NCBI GenBank assembly: GCA_965649825.1 | Contig: OZ287697.1 | Coordinates: 434,001 to 498,000, forward strand | Reading direction: 5' to 3' | DNA from: Penicillus capitatus | Taxonomy: Eukaryota; Plantae; Chlorophyta | DNA length: 64,000 bases | Translations under genes and position numbers: made by a program | The notes under the pieces: model-generated | Databases searched by the model: none | Told to the model about the DNA's origin: nothing | What the model saw: the letters and a program-made list of their open reading frames with translations, nothing else | In this document: piece after piece, positions 23,680-36,403 of the stretch | Numbering within the stretch: position 1 is the stretch's first letter | Layout of the letters: the number at the start of each line of letters is the position of its first letter

Positions 23680-24481
23680 TATGCTTTGGTAGCAATGATA
23701 GCGAATGAGATGAAGTGCCATCTTCATCCACTACTCTACCTGCCAAAAAAGAAAGGACGGATTCGTCTTGTGCGCGATTTGGCTCAGGCTAGTTCTTATT
23801 TTGTGCACACAAGCGGGGATATTTGCCTTGAGTCGGATAAGTCTTTAGGAATATTCCATCTGAGTGGAAGTACTTCGGCAAGATGGACCTAAGAAACGGG
23901 TTCTTCTAGATCCCTTGGTCCGAGCAGATTTGTAACATGTTTGGATTCGTTCGGGAAAGAGATGGAGGTTTTGAGTGCTACCACAAGGGGTGGTCGGCAA
24001 GCCCATAGCTATTTCACTTAAAGATTTGCACAAGAACGGCCGATCTGGACGTTGTTCGCTACGTGGACGACATTCTGGTCGGGGCAGCTTCCTTGTTCGC
24101 GTTGGAGATGAGTGTAAGGGAGGTTATGGACAGATTATAAGTTTATGGATTGCAGATCAACTCAAAAAATTCGAGTATGGATTTACAAGCACGAGATTTC
24201 TTGGATTCGACGTTTACCCGGATGGATATGTCTGCGCAAAGGAGTTTATGCGAAAGGAAAGGAGTTTATGCAATTTTCGGACGCACACAACTCTTTCTTT
24301 ATGCGAGCACTGAGCGTCGAACAATTTTTAAATCAAGCCGAGAATATCCTTGTCTTTTCTTTGTAAATCTGAATTACACCAGTTACGTGAATCTAAACCA
24401 CTCTAGGTTTTTAGGATGGAGATGCGAGAATCAATATTGAACGTACCACGAGAAGAAGTGCTCGCGGCAAGTGGAAAGCAA
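23680..24481 (+). pseudogene. Degenerate gypsy RT remnant (duplicate of 5830-6635)
   Basis: Same DLRNGFF*IP and RYVDDILV motifs. Confidence 0.75.
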
Positions 24482-25547
24482 CATCAGGCAGAAAGCACGA
24501 TTGGATTGTCTGTATCTAGGTCCACCTTTGAACAGTTCGCGTTTTGCGTATATCTCGACAAAGTGGTTTCGGAGTAAAGGTTTCATTCACTCGTGAAAGC
24601 GGAATATGCTCTGTTCGAAGCGCATATTGCACTTAAGAAGATGCGCAATAAGTACCAGGCAAGTATTTGTTTATTGTTTCTACAAATCCCGCGTTCTGTC
24701 CTACTGGTTTGTTTAGACAAGAGACAGACTAACTTATCTCCTTGTTATTAAAATACGGGTGCTGCACCGGGTTGTTTCCCAGGGCATATTCTCTTGGTAC
24801 GCGACTCGCACAACTTAGAATAGGGCGTACATTTTTTCGTAGTTGCCATGGATGTTTCGGAGTATTTTGGCCATCTGTTGTTTTCATCAGGCAGAAATGA
24901 AGTTATATGCAAACTAAACCTACCTAGCAAAAAAAACCTTTTCGTGCATAGCACACTTGTGCACGGGGCAAGGATAATAAGATGGCACTTCCGTGCGCTA
25001 TCTACAGAGATGCCTCGTATGACCCTCTTTTAGTAGCAAGTACATTATGCATTACCAAGATGCATTGTGTAGAGCTGCGGAGCTAAACGCCATCCATCAC
25101 AATAAGATGGAGTTAACTATCTGCAAGAATGGTGCAGTGATGTGTACAGAACCACAGAATTCGTTTCATTTCTTGTTTGAATAGCATCTTATATACATCC
25201 ACGTTCTGGGTGACATTGCCGTAAGAGGCGCAATGCAATTTGAAGGTCGGGCTTCCTTGCTCCTCGACACTGAAGTCGAAACAGTGTAACGTGTAGCAAA
25301 CGAAGGCATCTTCGACAATGGAAGTACCGAACGAAAATACTCTTACAAAGTCCGAACGTGGGATAACGAAGGCGACATCCAGGCATCTCGGCTGCTTTTT
25401 AGTTTTTATGACGTTATCCGTCTCAGGTTATCGTGGACAGTAGAGAATATCGTAACGGATTGCTTCATTCATCTACGCCCGGCGGTACGTGGCTGGCGAA
25501 TCAACACAGACGTCTCTTTTCCCTCGACCAAGTCTGTATTGCCGGTC

Positions 25548-27160
25548 ATGTCTGGTAAAATCTCCCTGTTGTCTTTAACAACTGTCAAGTGTCGCCGCGC
25601 ATTAGGGAACTTTCAATTAGCGTTGATGCTTACTTTCCTCCATCACTCTGCTGCTGCATGGATGATGCCAATCGTGCGGAAGATGGAGACGGACTTTCTT
25701 CTTATGGACTGCCTTGGTATCTCTCTTGTCCGATTCTGCGCTCAGTCGCTTATCCCTTTGCCCTCATGGGCAATTGGGCGCTCGATCCGAGATGCATCTC
25801 CATGCACCTGCGATTGATGAGTGATGGAAATCCCGATGTTCAATGTGTGACCACTGTCTACCACAACAGACGCAAATTCTTCAACCAAGTTAAACGTAAT
25901 GCCTGCGATTCATCTCCGTCATGAATACCCACCTCTGTTGTTAGGAAAGACAAGCACGCTTGCTAGGAACGAAGTGCTGTCTATCAAAAATCTGACAAAG
26001 AATTGGATGTACGCGCCGCAGCTATGGAGCTTTATTACGGGCAATGGCGACCTCAAGTTCACGTTGCAGATAAAGATTCTGAACAGACCACAGGCAGCAC
26101 CGTCTGGAAGAGCAGAGGGAAGCTGTGTGCCTCCAATAAATGTCTACATCATCACAGACGAGATCATCCAGGAGTTTGTGCGCGGAACTAGTTGCTTCGG
26201 AATTGCGCCCGTGCATCACAAAGTGGCATTCTCCGTGTCTCCTGTCGAATCCATTGGCGACTTCATGGACAAGGTCAGATCTTTGCTTGGTATCTAGTCT
26301 CTCATCTACAGCTCGTAGGTTCGCCGAGAGCACGAGAGAAGCCGACTCGACATGAGATTGTGGCATTGTATCCAGACAAAGAAAGGACTGGATTTCAGAA
26401 CAGCACTAAGCCCCAGTTGTCTAGGACAGACACTGGAAGACTACCCTTTAGACGAAGAAAACCTTCAAGGCAATTCTCTGTCTCTGCTGAGCTACTGAGA
26501 AGAGAGATCTGCAGGCGAAGAACTCGTTCCTGGTATTACGTTTTACCTCGAACTTCGTTCTGCGACAATCATGCAGAACCAGAAAGTGCGGCAGGATACC
26601 GGCTTGATTTTTTTCAAGTACTTTAATATCGAAAGGGTAGAGATGTCCTTTGTTGGGACAGCGCACTTTCTACCTTCGGACAGTTGCGAGAAATTGTTCG
26701 AAATCGCGATGGGGCTAAGCGACATGCCCGCATGTCCACACTTTGTGCTATTCGTGGAAGCTGGACCCGCTTCATTGCAGCCCATTGACGGCAGAGGGAC
26801 TATGAAAAGCGTATGGCCACTTCGCTATCGACCGATTTTCCACGATTCTGTGTAAAGGAGGGTATCTGCTCGGGATCTGCTGTGGTGATCTATCCCATGG
26901 AGCGGTACGAAACGAAAACACTGGGAAAGATTGCACAGGAACTGGCCAAGCTCTATACGGTAAACATGCCTTCTGTTTACAGGCAGTTGTCTTGTAAACC
27001 GACAGTCCCGCAAGAAAAGACCCTTGGTCTTCAAACTTCAACTGTCCCGAGCGAAGACCTTGCCAAAGGCAGTATCGCCGGAGACCATCTGTAGTGTCAA
27101 TGTATACAGTGTTGCTGGACTGGACGTGTAATTCATTAGACATCCAAGATGATGTGCTCC
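25548..27160 (+). CDS. MATH domain + USP7/UBP12-type C-terminal ubiquitin-like domains, no USP catalytic domain (multi-exon; ends approximate)
   Basis: MATH-like YGLPWYL..YP..CISMHLRL..SFITGNGDLKFTLQIKI. Then INVYIITDE..AFSVSPVESIGDFMDKVRREH..MRLWH..TFYLE..LIFFKYFN..SFVGTAH..LFVE..EGICSGSAVVIYP, which tracks USP7 UBL1-2. Apparent stops fall in short introns (one GC-AG). Confidence 0.65.
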
Positions 27161-27511
27161 GCGCATAGGCCTGCGTCTTCTCGTTTGCAGAAATATTCCC
27201 TCCAATGAAATGCTTTTTTCATCTTCTCTCACGTTAAGTTTATTGCTCGGCATCTTGAGTCCATGACGGAGATTACGACCGAAACTGGAGGAATCGTTCG
27301 CCTCGGAGGCTTCCACTTGCTGACGGAGGTCACTGAGAGGGCGTCACTGTCCAGTTTTGAAACTTCTGATCACGAGTAGCCGTCGAATGCCATTTCGGGC
27401 AGGCTGCCGATTTTGCACGGTGGCCATGTCGATTCCAGATCAGACATAGAAGCACCTTAGGGACTTGGAACAAACAAAACACAATGGTTCTTCTTGCATA
27501 TATGTCACTCT

Positions 27512-28670
27512 TTATTGGAGACTGTCTCCCGCTTCTTGATTCGTGTTTCTGGAGTCTGCTTTCTTGCTGAGAGAACGCACTTGCCCGAGAGTATCAGATG
27601 CCACTAGAAACTGACCGTAATTGGTAGAGTATCAGCTGGACATATTTCTTACGTTTTTTAAGGATCCAGTCTTCAAACCTAGCCACATTCGTTGCCACGG
27701 TAATGCTGTTCGTGTCATCGCATTGTCCGACGGTGTAGGAGGCAATCGCGATAATGCTATCTTTATAGACCCGCGAGAAGGGGGCGTGAACAATTGGAGT
27801 TCCCTCGTCTCCTAGATATGTAAAACATCAGCGCCGCTCTTACAGACGAACTCCGACAGAGGAGACACAAGAGACCTGTACAGACGCCTGCAAATCCTTC
27901 GGCGGTCTTGAAGCAAACTGTATCAGGTCCTGTTTTCATTGGGAGGTCAAAACTTTTGTTACACTCTGCTCGACTTATGAGCTTCAAGTCTCCCCCTTGG
28001 AGCTCGGAGGGGAACTCTCCGGAGGAACCCGTTCTTCCAAAGCCAAAAACAGTGAAGCTGTCTTGATCCGGATCTTTCTTGCCGATAAACTTGACAGGCT
28101 GAACGCAGGTCGGCCTGTCCAGCTTGATGATGGCGATATCGTAGCCGAGCAGCTGGTTCCCTTCCCACTTATCATGCATGAAGATCTTTTCTGCCACCCT
28201 TTCCTGAGAAGCAGCGGGTTGCCGATGGCAGAGGAGAAGGTCAGGCCGACCTGGATGGGTTCGTCGATCCTTCGGCCACCGATGAAGATGATGGGCCTCT
28301 CGGCTGCTCTCGCTTTGATGCGTCTATCGACGCAGCCAGCCGAGGTGAGCACAGCATCCTCGGCTATCACAATCCCTCCGCAGCTGTGTTTGCCATCCAC
28401 ATCTCTTCAGACGGAGACATCTGCCATACTGGAGGCTGGTGTGGTTGGTGCTCACCGAATGGAGCACACGTAGGGCGCATACATCCGGGGACATTCGGTC
28501 TCTTTGCTCGTCGCCAGCAGAGTTCGTCGCGGAAGCGAATAGGCTTCTGTCGCAGACAGGGCGTGTTTAGTTGACATGCTTCGAGGTTCGAGGTTCTTAG
28601 GACCTGTGAAGGCGGTGGGCGAGAGCGAGATTCCCAGCAGTGCGAACAGGAGAAATGCGTTCAGTTCCAT
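27512..28670 (-). CDS. Secreted trypsin-like serine-protease homolog, catalytically dead, copy 2
   Basis: LTSAGCV, YDIAIIKL, CTGDEGTPIV; same signal peptide and intron positions as copy 1. Confidence 0.85.
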
Positions 28671-29249
28671 GTTGGCGCTGCGAAGATTTGAATGAATGCG
28701 TTAACTGTGTTGCTGAGTAGGTGCGAAAGACGAGAGCGAGAGGTGGAAGAAAGGCCTCCGACGACTGGACGGTTGACATGCGTGCAGTCGACTTCCTTTG
28801 AAGGTCCATATCAGAACGCTTATGACGTGGCGTTGGCCTTCAACGGCTTTCGTGCGTTCCCAGTGTCTTCAATTTATCCGTCTCTCCAGAAGATTCCCAT
28901 CGCTAATTGCTCGGAGAATTCATCTATCGCACAATCTACCGCTCTTAGACCGAGGCTCACGCTTTCCCTGCCGTTTTCCTTGTGGAACATGTAAATCTAT
29001 AAAGAACGTCTCGCACGTCCACTCGCTGTGTCATCTGCCTGCCCGTATCGTTTTCGTCAGAAACGAGGCAAAAAAATATGCTGTTGAATCATTTCAAAAT
29101 CTCTGGTAGGCGTTTGTCGCGACGATTGTTAGATGCATCATAAATCTGAAACCCTCAAACCAACCTCAGAAAACTGAACAGTTGACAGATCATAGTTCAT
29201 CAAACACTTCCAGTTTCAACCGTTCGTTTCTCTTAGCGACAATTCTGCG

Positions 29250-30338
29250 ATGATAGGAAGGGCAAGAATCTTCGAGACGTTTTGTTTGCTGTTCACAATC
29301 TTCTTCCTCGTAAATACTCAACAATGTACACACACGCACTCGTCTTCACTCTTCTTAGCTGACGAACACCGAATGTTAGTTGTAGATATCTCCTCCGACG
29401 AAGACGAATCTCAGCCATGTGTGCTGAGGGTTGATGAAAGCACAACAGATGCCCGACTTCGGACGGCTATTTTTCAGGCAGACCTTGAGAAGGCGGCCAA
29501 TATTCTATCCACATCAAAGGCGGCTTTCACTCTCGGTGCTGGTTTAATGTACCTACCCGAGCAGGAATGTCTCCTCGTACGCAGTGCAAACAGATCTCGT
29601 GATCCAGATATCGTAGCAATAAAGGTAACTAATTAACACTACCATCGGAACCTCAAATGCCGGCGAGTGCTGTCCAGGCAGTAGCATTAAGTGCTGAACG
29701 CACGGGAGAGACAGAAAAACTCTCAACGGCAGTTGTGGCATCGTTTCAGCCTCGTCCCTGTCAATGCAGCTGTAAGTCAGTCTCCTCGCCTGCCTTTGAT
29801 TTTGACGAGTGTGAGATTTCGCAGTATTCACTCCGGGTCAGATAGATCAAATGAAATTGGCATTCAAAGCCGTTCTTGATGATCCTGCAGAACGTCAATT
29901 CATCCTGAACTATGATGGCACGGAGGAGGTAAGACAGCGAAGCGTTTAGAAGCAGCAGAAAATGTGCTCTATCTTAAGGGATCTGTTGTGCCGTCGGCGA
30001 CAAACCCACAGCTGTCAGCTGTCCCAGGAGTCCCAACAGAAGGATTGTTTCCGATGTCTCCTGCTAGTTTATCTACATTCCCATCGTTTCCGACGAATCC
30101 GCCGTCCTCATTAAACATTTTGGACGGCATCGGTCTTAACGATGGAGGTGTTGTCGCCGGTGCCGTTCCTGGGGATGAAGATGAAGGCGATGCTTCGAAT
30201 AGCGGATTTGATGACTTTTTTGGGGGCATTGGTCGTCGATTACTGATGGACTCCAGTTCAACTAGCAGCACTGTCTGTGTCATTTGTCAGCCGAAAAGGG
30301 TATGCGAAAATAGATTTTTTTGGTGCCGAGAACCATGA
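29250..30338 (+). CDS. Secreted GRRLL/4-Cys-tail protein, diverged paralog (copy 3)
   Basis: Signal MIGRARIFETFCLLFTIFFLVNTQ; shared PCVL..L.AGL.Y.PEQEC...R.PD..AI|A.ALSAE.TG.TEKLST; same three introns; ends GRRLLMDSSSTSSTVCVICQPKRVCENRFFWCREP. Confidence 0.82.
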
Positions 30339-30701
30339 GCACAATTGTTCACTCGTACACGACCGGCTTTCCCTGCTTCGACCATCCTCCCCTAAAAGTT
30401 TCCCGTTTTCGTCTTGTGACACGTACTCTATTTCGTCATGAGTCTCAGTGGGTTTCGCATATATGATGGAGTAATGCATAAAGCTCGTGTCAAATGAGCA
30501 GCGCTATAGATGTTTAAAAGGTGTAAGCAATTCTTTCTGCAAGCACGACCTCTCAATCGCTATGCATTTCGGCCGCGCACGTACACGCGCACGCCTTCAA
30601 GCTATCCACTCAAATCGATCATCCATCGTCGCCAAAAAACAACACAACGACGCGCACATCTGCCTTCGCGCACGAGAGAGACGTCATCCAAAAGAAATCC
30701 A

Positions 30702-31119
30702 TCAAATTCCGTCAAAGACCTTCTGCTTTTCTTCATTCGTCAACGAAGCGAGCAGCGCTTTGAGCACATGCTCACGCATTTCAACCGACATCGCCGTCAG
30801 CGCAGTTATCAACGCGTTCTCTGCCTTGTCGGCATCCACCTCCTCACTGAATTGCACATCACATCATGTATCGTACGGATATGAGAAGCGACGCACCGGG
30901 TACTTTGCAGTGCACTTGCCTTACCACCGTCTGTCGATGTTCTCTTCACGCCTTTCTGACGTTTGACCGTACAGTAGTACTTAAGCGCCAACCCGACGAA
31001 CGGTGCAAAATTTTCACTTCGCTCGAGGAACGCGTTGCTCTGATGAATCGTTGCTGCAGAATGATCTTCTTGAGAATGCCACGGAGTTTCGCCTTGGCGC
31101 TAGAGAGACCGTCAACCAT
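30702..31119 (-). CDS. Small hypothetical protein (~92 aa, 3 exons)
   Basis: Two GT-AG introns give MVDGLSSAKAKLRGILKKIILQQRF...EEVDADKAENALITALTAMSVEMREHVLKALL..VFDGI*. Confidence 0.5.
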
Positions 31120-31491
31120 TGTCTTTCGCGTCAAATGACGCAGCAGATGACGACAACGGTTTCACCTGATCGATTCCTCCTCTTCCATTTCGACCACCTC
31201 GCCGCGACGTGTGACGAATCCATCCCTAAACGCACACACAGAAATCATCGCCGGGTCCCATCACCGGACGACCAGCCATTGTCTATCATCGCACATTGCC
31301 ATCTCTATCCCTGCAAAAACGTCTTCTTCGTTATTCCCTGTGCGATATCAGCCCCGACAGCGTGTGTATTAGATGCCTGTTAGATGAATGGCGTTAAGTA
31401 GAAAGAGGCGTCGTCAATAGTCACCCATCTTCCTTTGGAGAGAGAACGTTGTTTGATATATACAGTCCCGTCGTGAACGCGCAGTCAGGAG

Positions 31492-32449
31492 ATGACGGAA
31501 GAGACGACACAACGAAGGCATCTGCGAAGTGAAAACTATTCACCATTCGCGCGGCGTTGCCGAGTAAGCTGCCCTTGTTCACACACAAACGCAGAACCAA
31601 AGAAGAGCCTTCACTTCTATCCTTCTCGACAGAACGATCTAATCGCCTCATTGCTAACGCATCTGCTTTCTGGTGTAGAACGGGCGCGAGCAGAGGGCGT
31701 GGACCGGCTGGCGAACAAGTCCTGGCAACGTCCTGCGCGACATCTCGGGTATCTCGCTTCCTTGTCTCTTTGACGATTTGACTAGCATTGACCAAGAATA
31801 CGATTCGCCGGAACAGTGTCTCACTCGCCTTTCGTCTGTAGAATGCACCAACAACGGCACGGCAGAGAGAGCGACCCTACCTGCTGAGGAGCCACTGGTG
31901 CAAATTTGCTTTGACTTTACCAAGGGACGCTGCGCACGACGCAACTGCAAGTTTTCCCACGACTTCGATGCTATTGTTAAGTACAACAGCAAGTAAACTC
32001 TTTTGACCCCGTGTCGATCTATACGGCATCGCCTGAACCGACAGGGAACAAGGTATCTGTTTCGATTTTCTGCGAGGTGAGTGCAATCGCGGCCCGTTGT
32101 GCCGTTTCTCCCACGACTTGACGAACGTTATGCGGCAATGGAAGGTAAACGTCGTCCCTTTTCGATCCTCTATTGCCAACGCCGTCGAGCGAATAGAATG
32201 AACTGCGTGGAGGAAGCAACACAAGACAGGCACCCTGTGGTATTTGTTACGATTTTGTTCGTGGCCAGTGTCCTCGGGGAAAGAAATGCCGTTTCTCTCA
32301 CGATCTGCGTGAGATTGCTCTGGCGACGAGTCGGCATTCAACCGACGCATCGCGCTCAGCGACGCCGGCTGGCCATTCAAGGTCGCATCATGTCAACGGC
32401 GAGTTGCCTCCATCCCGAGCGACCTCTGTTTCCAAACGCAATTCGCTGA
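31492..32449 (+). CDS. Tandem CCCH zinc-finger protein (ends approximate)
   Basis: CFDFTKGRCARRNCKFSH and, after an intron, CFDFLRGECNRGPLCRFSH. Confidence 0.75.
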
Positions 32450-33118
32450 GCTCTGACAGCGGAGACTCATTTCGCTCTTTCGAAGCAAACAACGAGAATC
32501 AGCGGCAAAAGTGACGACGTGCATTGGTTCTCTCTTTGCTCAGACATCCATTCGTGCCAGATCGATCTGGAAACCGTCCGAAGCGCCGCAATGCGCCGAC
32601 GTCCGTCCGACGATAACGGCAGCCGATGCCGACAGAGCGACCAAGAAGCCGCTGTGTGGTGTCGCCTGACATCGGACACCGTCTCAGATGCTGTGGTCTT
32701 AGGATGTCGCCGCCTTCGTTGTGTAACATACGCTCGCGTCAACTCTTAGGTCGTGATCTGTGCCGAGCCATAGGGCTCCCGCATTTGAACAGCAGCCTCA
32801 CGATGCAATGGTGAAGCGACGTCATTTGCCGAGATGTATCGATTCCTTTCGCCTTCATCCAATGCCACTGCTTCTTCGCTCCCTCTACCGTAGCTCTTTT
32901 TTTCTGGGATGGCAACGACATGTCCATTTCATATCTCACAAGAAACAATTTTGAACATTCAAAAAATGCTGGAATCTCTTTTCTTAATGCCGTCAGGAAC
33001 CTATCCTCCAGAGCAAGCGCGGCGTTGACATGACGGATGGACAGACAGACAGACTGTAACGAGTGCACTCTCTGTGTCATCGTACGGTGTGGATGCCGAT
33101 TGCCGGATGCATGGACGA

Positions 33119-33948
33119 TCAGGGATAGTAGCATTCGATCAATTCGCATCCGACCTTCTGCCATCCGAGCATCAGACGAATGCGCTCCATGCGTTTCTTT
33201 TGCATGCCCAAATCCGAGATGGGCTGAATGAAGGGATAGATGTACTTCACTTCGCCTGTAGACCCACAGAAACTGTTCCGTCTCTCCATCAGGACATTTC
33301 AGCTCACGAGCGATGGAGCGATAGAACACGAGAGGGGCTTGGACATCGCCGTCGTTCTGGCGTGTGGCTGTGCGATCCTCTTTCGCCACAAATTCGACGA
33401 TGTCTTTTCCAAACAGGCCATTTACTTCAAACCGTAGGTAAGATCCTTCGGCAGTCGTCTGAGATGCCACGAGCTGTGTCCCTTCGCACGCCCGAGGCAC
33501 CGTCGCCACAATTGCCTCTGTCACATCAGCCAACGATCCTTCCTTCGCTCTCCACGGAGACGCAGCGGAGTCAAAACTGCAGATCATCCTGTTCGAACAT
33601 CAGCATTGCCCAAATGGTGTGACGTGCCCGACGCTGGAGGTAGAGATGCAGTTGGGATTGACATTGGAAGGACAGCTGCGTATACTCCTGATCATCGACC
33701 ACATGACCACCTCTCACGGCGCATCACCGAGCCAAATGCTCTTACCCGTCCTTCAAACCGTACTCCACTTTCTTAGCCTCTTTCAACAGACTCTCCATCG
33801 CCGTTGCCCGTCCCGCCCATAGCGAAGCGAGGAGACAGCTGACGAGTCGTCTTCGATGCAAGGGCAGAGTAAACGTCGCTTTCTCTACGACGCTTTTCCT
33901 GTCAAGTCTCGTGCACGACGTCGGTCGATTGAATGGTTCACGTTGCAT
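33119..33948 (-). CDS. Thylakoid lumenal 17.9 kDa-like protein (DUF1499 family)
   Basis: RR..ATA TAT-type presequence; RSCPSNVNPNCISTSS; YLRFEV..GKDIVEF; VFYRSIA; IYPFIQPISDLGMQKKRMERIRLMLGW. Confidence 0.75.
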
Positions 33949-33968
33949 CTCATTCGTACTTCGTTGCC

Positions 33969-34835
33969 ATGGCCTCCGCATTCACCTCCGCCTTGCTCAG
34001 CAGCTTCTCTGCCGTCATAGCGTCCGAGATTGGAGATAAGACGTTCTTCATCGCCGCCATCTTGGCCATGAAACAGTCGCGGCTGAAAGTACAGAAAACA
34101 TCTGTCGATGGACTGGAGACCCATTCGCCATGGAATGCATCGCAGGTTTTTCTTGGCTGTTTCGCCGCTTTGTTTCTTATGAATACCTTGTCTGCCATAA
34201 TGGGATCGTTGGCACCATCACTGGTACCCCGCTGATGTCCCTTCATTTTGCTGACCTTCCCAACAGACGAGGCCCCTGTAGATTCCGGTTTTGTGGACGT
34301 ATGTGGCGTCGATAGTGCTCTTCGCCACGACAGGCGTTCTCAGTCTAAGGGATGCCATGCAGCCTGTATGTCTCCCACATCATGACCATCGGTTCTGCGC
34401 GACGTCTGTCACATGTAGACCGAAGAGACGAGCGAAATGCAGGAGGCGGAGGATGCGTGTCTCCATACCCGTCTGTCAAGCGGACCGACATGGACGCAGT
34501 GTCTGTCCTTTCTGCATCCCATCACTATGAAGGCCTTCACGTTAACGTTTCTAGCGGAGTGGGGTGACAAGAGTCAGCTTGTGACCATAGGGTAATGCCA
34601 CCGTGCATGTCGAGATGCTGAGTGAGGCTAGGCATCTTTCAGGCTCGGAGCGACGAAAGATGTCGTTGGGGTCGCGTTCGGTGGCGGCTTGGGTCATGCT
34701 TTGTGTACATCCATGGCGGTTGTCGGCGGCAAAAAGCTCGCAGCGTATTTCGACGAGCGTCTTCTCTCAGCTGCTCACGGTTTTCTCTTTGTGGCTTTTG
34801 CCTTTCTTGCCTACGCTTCAGGACCTCCCGTCTGA
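33969..34835 (+). CDS. GDT1: GDT1/UPF0016 (TMEM165) Ca2+/Mn2+ transporter
   Basis: Two EWGDK-type motifs: SEIGDKTFFIAAILAM and LAEWGDKSQL. Confidence 0.9.
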
Positions 34836-35358
34836 AATGCCATTCGCGTTGTAGGATTTCCGTTCAGCGCGCGATATGACTTTACCTTCAACCGTCACCT
34901 ATATCATCACGCGCTTTGCATAAACGCATACCGTATTTGTGCACCGCCTACGTGTTGTTCGTTTAAGTTGCTGTTATCTTTATCGTGCCGGTGGGTGTGT
35001 GTCTGTCTCGTTACGTTTGTCTAATTATTGATATCTTCGCCTAAAGTCCGAGACGGTGAGGATCGTTCGGGACCCTAGTGGAAGAGATTTAGAATTTTAC
35101 GGCGCAGCACAATGAACCGCGACTATGTGGAGGCGACAGGTGAATGTTGTACACTGTCCGACGGTGTCTGCTTTTTCTGTCGACGCTTTTTCGCATTGAT
35201 GGCCAGTGCTGTTTCCCGGACGGTTCCTGAGGCAGTACGTCCGTTGTACTGGATACCCGCAAAGCACCGGCCAGTCTGACGGTGCCTCCGCGGGCTCATG
35301 CCTCGTTACAAAGATCGACAGAGCCTAGCCGTAGCGGCATTTGTGCTGATAGCGCGGC

Positions 35359-36403
35359 ATGGATTTAGGTTGGCCGTTCTACTCAACACATCCAAGACTG
35401 ACGGCCACGTTTGAGACGCGAACAGATGCAAGCCCGCCTTCGTCTTCAGATGCGACTTCTGGCGAACTAAGAAGAGGACATTCGTTGAATCTCCCTCCTC
35501 TATCAGTACACGTGCACTAACTGCGGTTCTGTCTATTATTGGAGGCTGTAGATGGGTTTTGCCGAAAAATCGTTGCTTCGCTCTGCGACCACCGGTGACG
35601 TTCGCGACCGTTCCAAGACAAAGAATCCGAAAAAGACGCTTGCGTCAACGGGACGTCAAGAGGTCCCCATTTGCTATGACTTCGTTCAAGGCAAATGCCG
35701 CAGGCAGAACTGCAGGTGAAGCACATTTTGGACATCTGACGTCACAACTGCAGTGGTGTTCACTGATTAGGTATCAACACGACTTCGGGGCTGTTATACG
35801 CCACAATGCCCGCGAGAGTCGTGTATGTTTTGATCACTTGCGAGGGGAATGTACTCGTGGCAGTCTGTGTCGGTTCTCCCACGATATCCAACGACTTGTG
35901 CTGCAAGGAATGCATGAAGCTTCCTACACGAACTTTATGGAGCCGACAGCCAATGGTATCTGCTATGATTTCTGCAGGGGTGCATGTCCACGACAGGGCA
36001 AGTGCCCATGGACACACAACCTCGTTGAAATCGCGTGGAACACTGCTAAGCAGCCCCTACCCGACATCGAGAAGATCAACATGTGCGTGACGTGACGTCT
36101 CAGCCACCCGCGCCGCCATCCTATTTGTTTTCACACCTGCTGTTGTTTAGATGTAGAAAGGTCATCAAGGCCATACAAGATGCCTGTCCTCCTGCTCTAG
36201 CTGGTAAGTATAGCACTGTGTACCTGTTTGCCTACGGTTGTGCGATGTGTGGTGTGTTTGGCAGAACCGGCTATAGAACGTATGATTTGGCAGCCAAGTC
36301 TTCAGTGGAAGATTTATTCACTCGACCTCGCAGAGAAAGCAGTGTGCCCTGCCCCACCAACCACTCTCCCCACCGCCCCTTCACCCGATTCCTTCACTCT
36401 TAG
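35359..36403 (+). CDS. CCCH zinc-finger protein with three fingers, paralog of the 31.5-32.4 kb gene (ends approximate)
   Basis: CYDFVQGKCRRQNC|RYQH, CFDHLRGECTRGSLCRFSH, CYDFCRGACPRQGKCPWTH. Confidence 0.75.

Larger units (their letters stand above)
19728..24481 (+). repeat. 4.8-kb direct segmental duplication, copy 2
   Basis: Matches 1856-6635; its left end cuts the LINE endonuclease region. Confidence 0.95.

Noticed and set aside
25900-26500. Calling the MATH-UBL locus a pseudogene because of stops
   Set aside because: The stops fall inside plausible short introns whose removal restores the frame and the USP7-like alignment.
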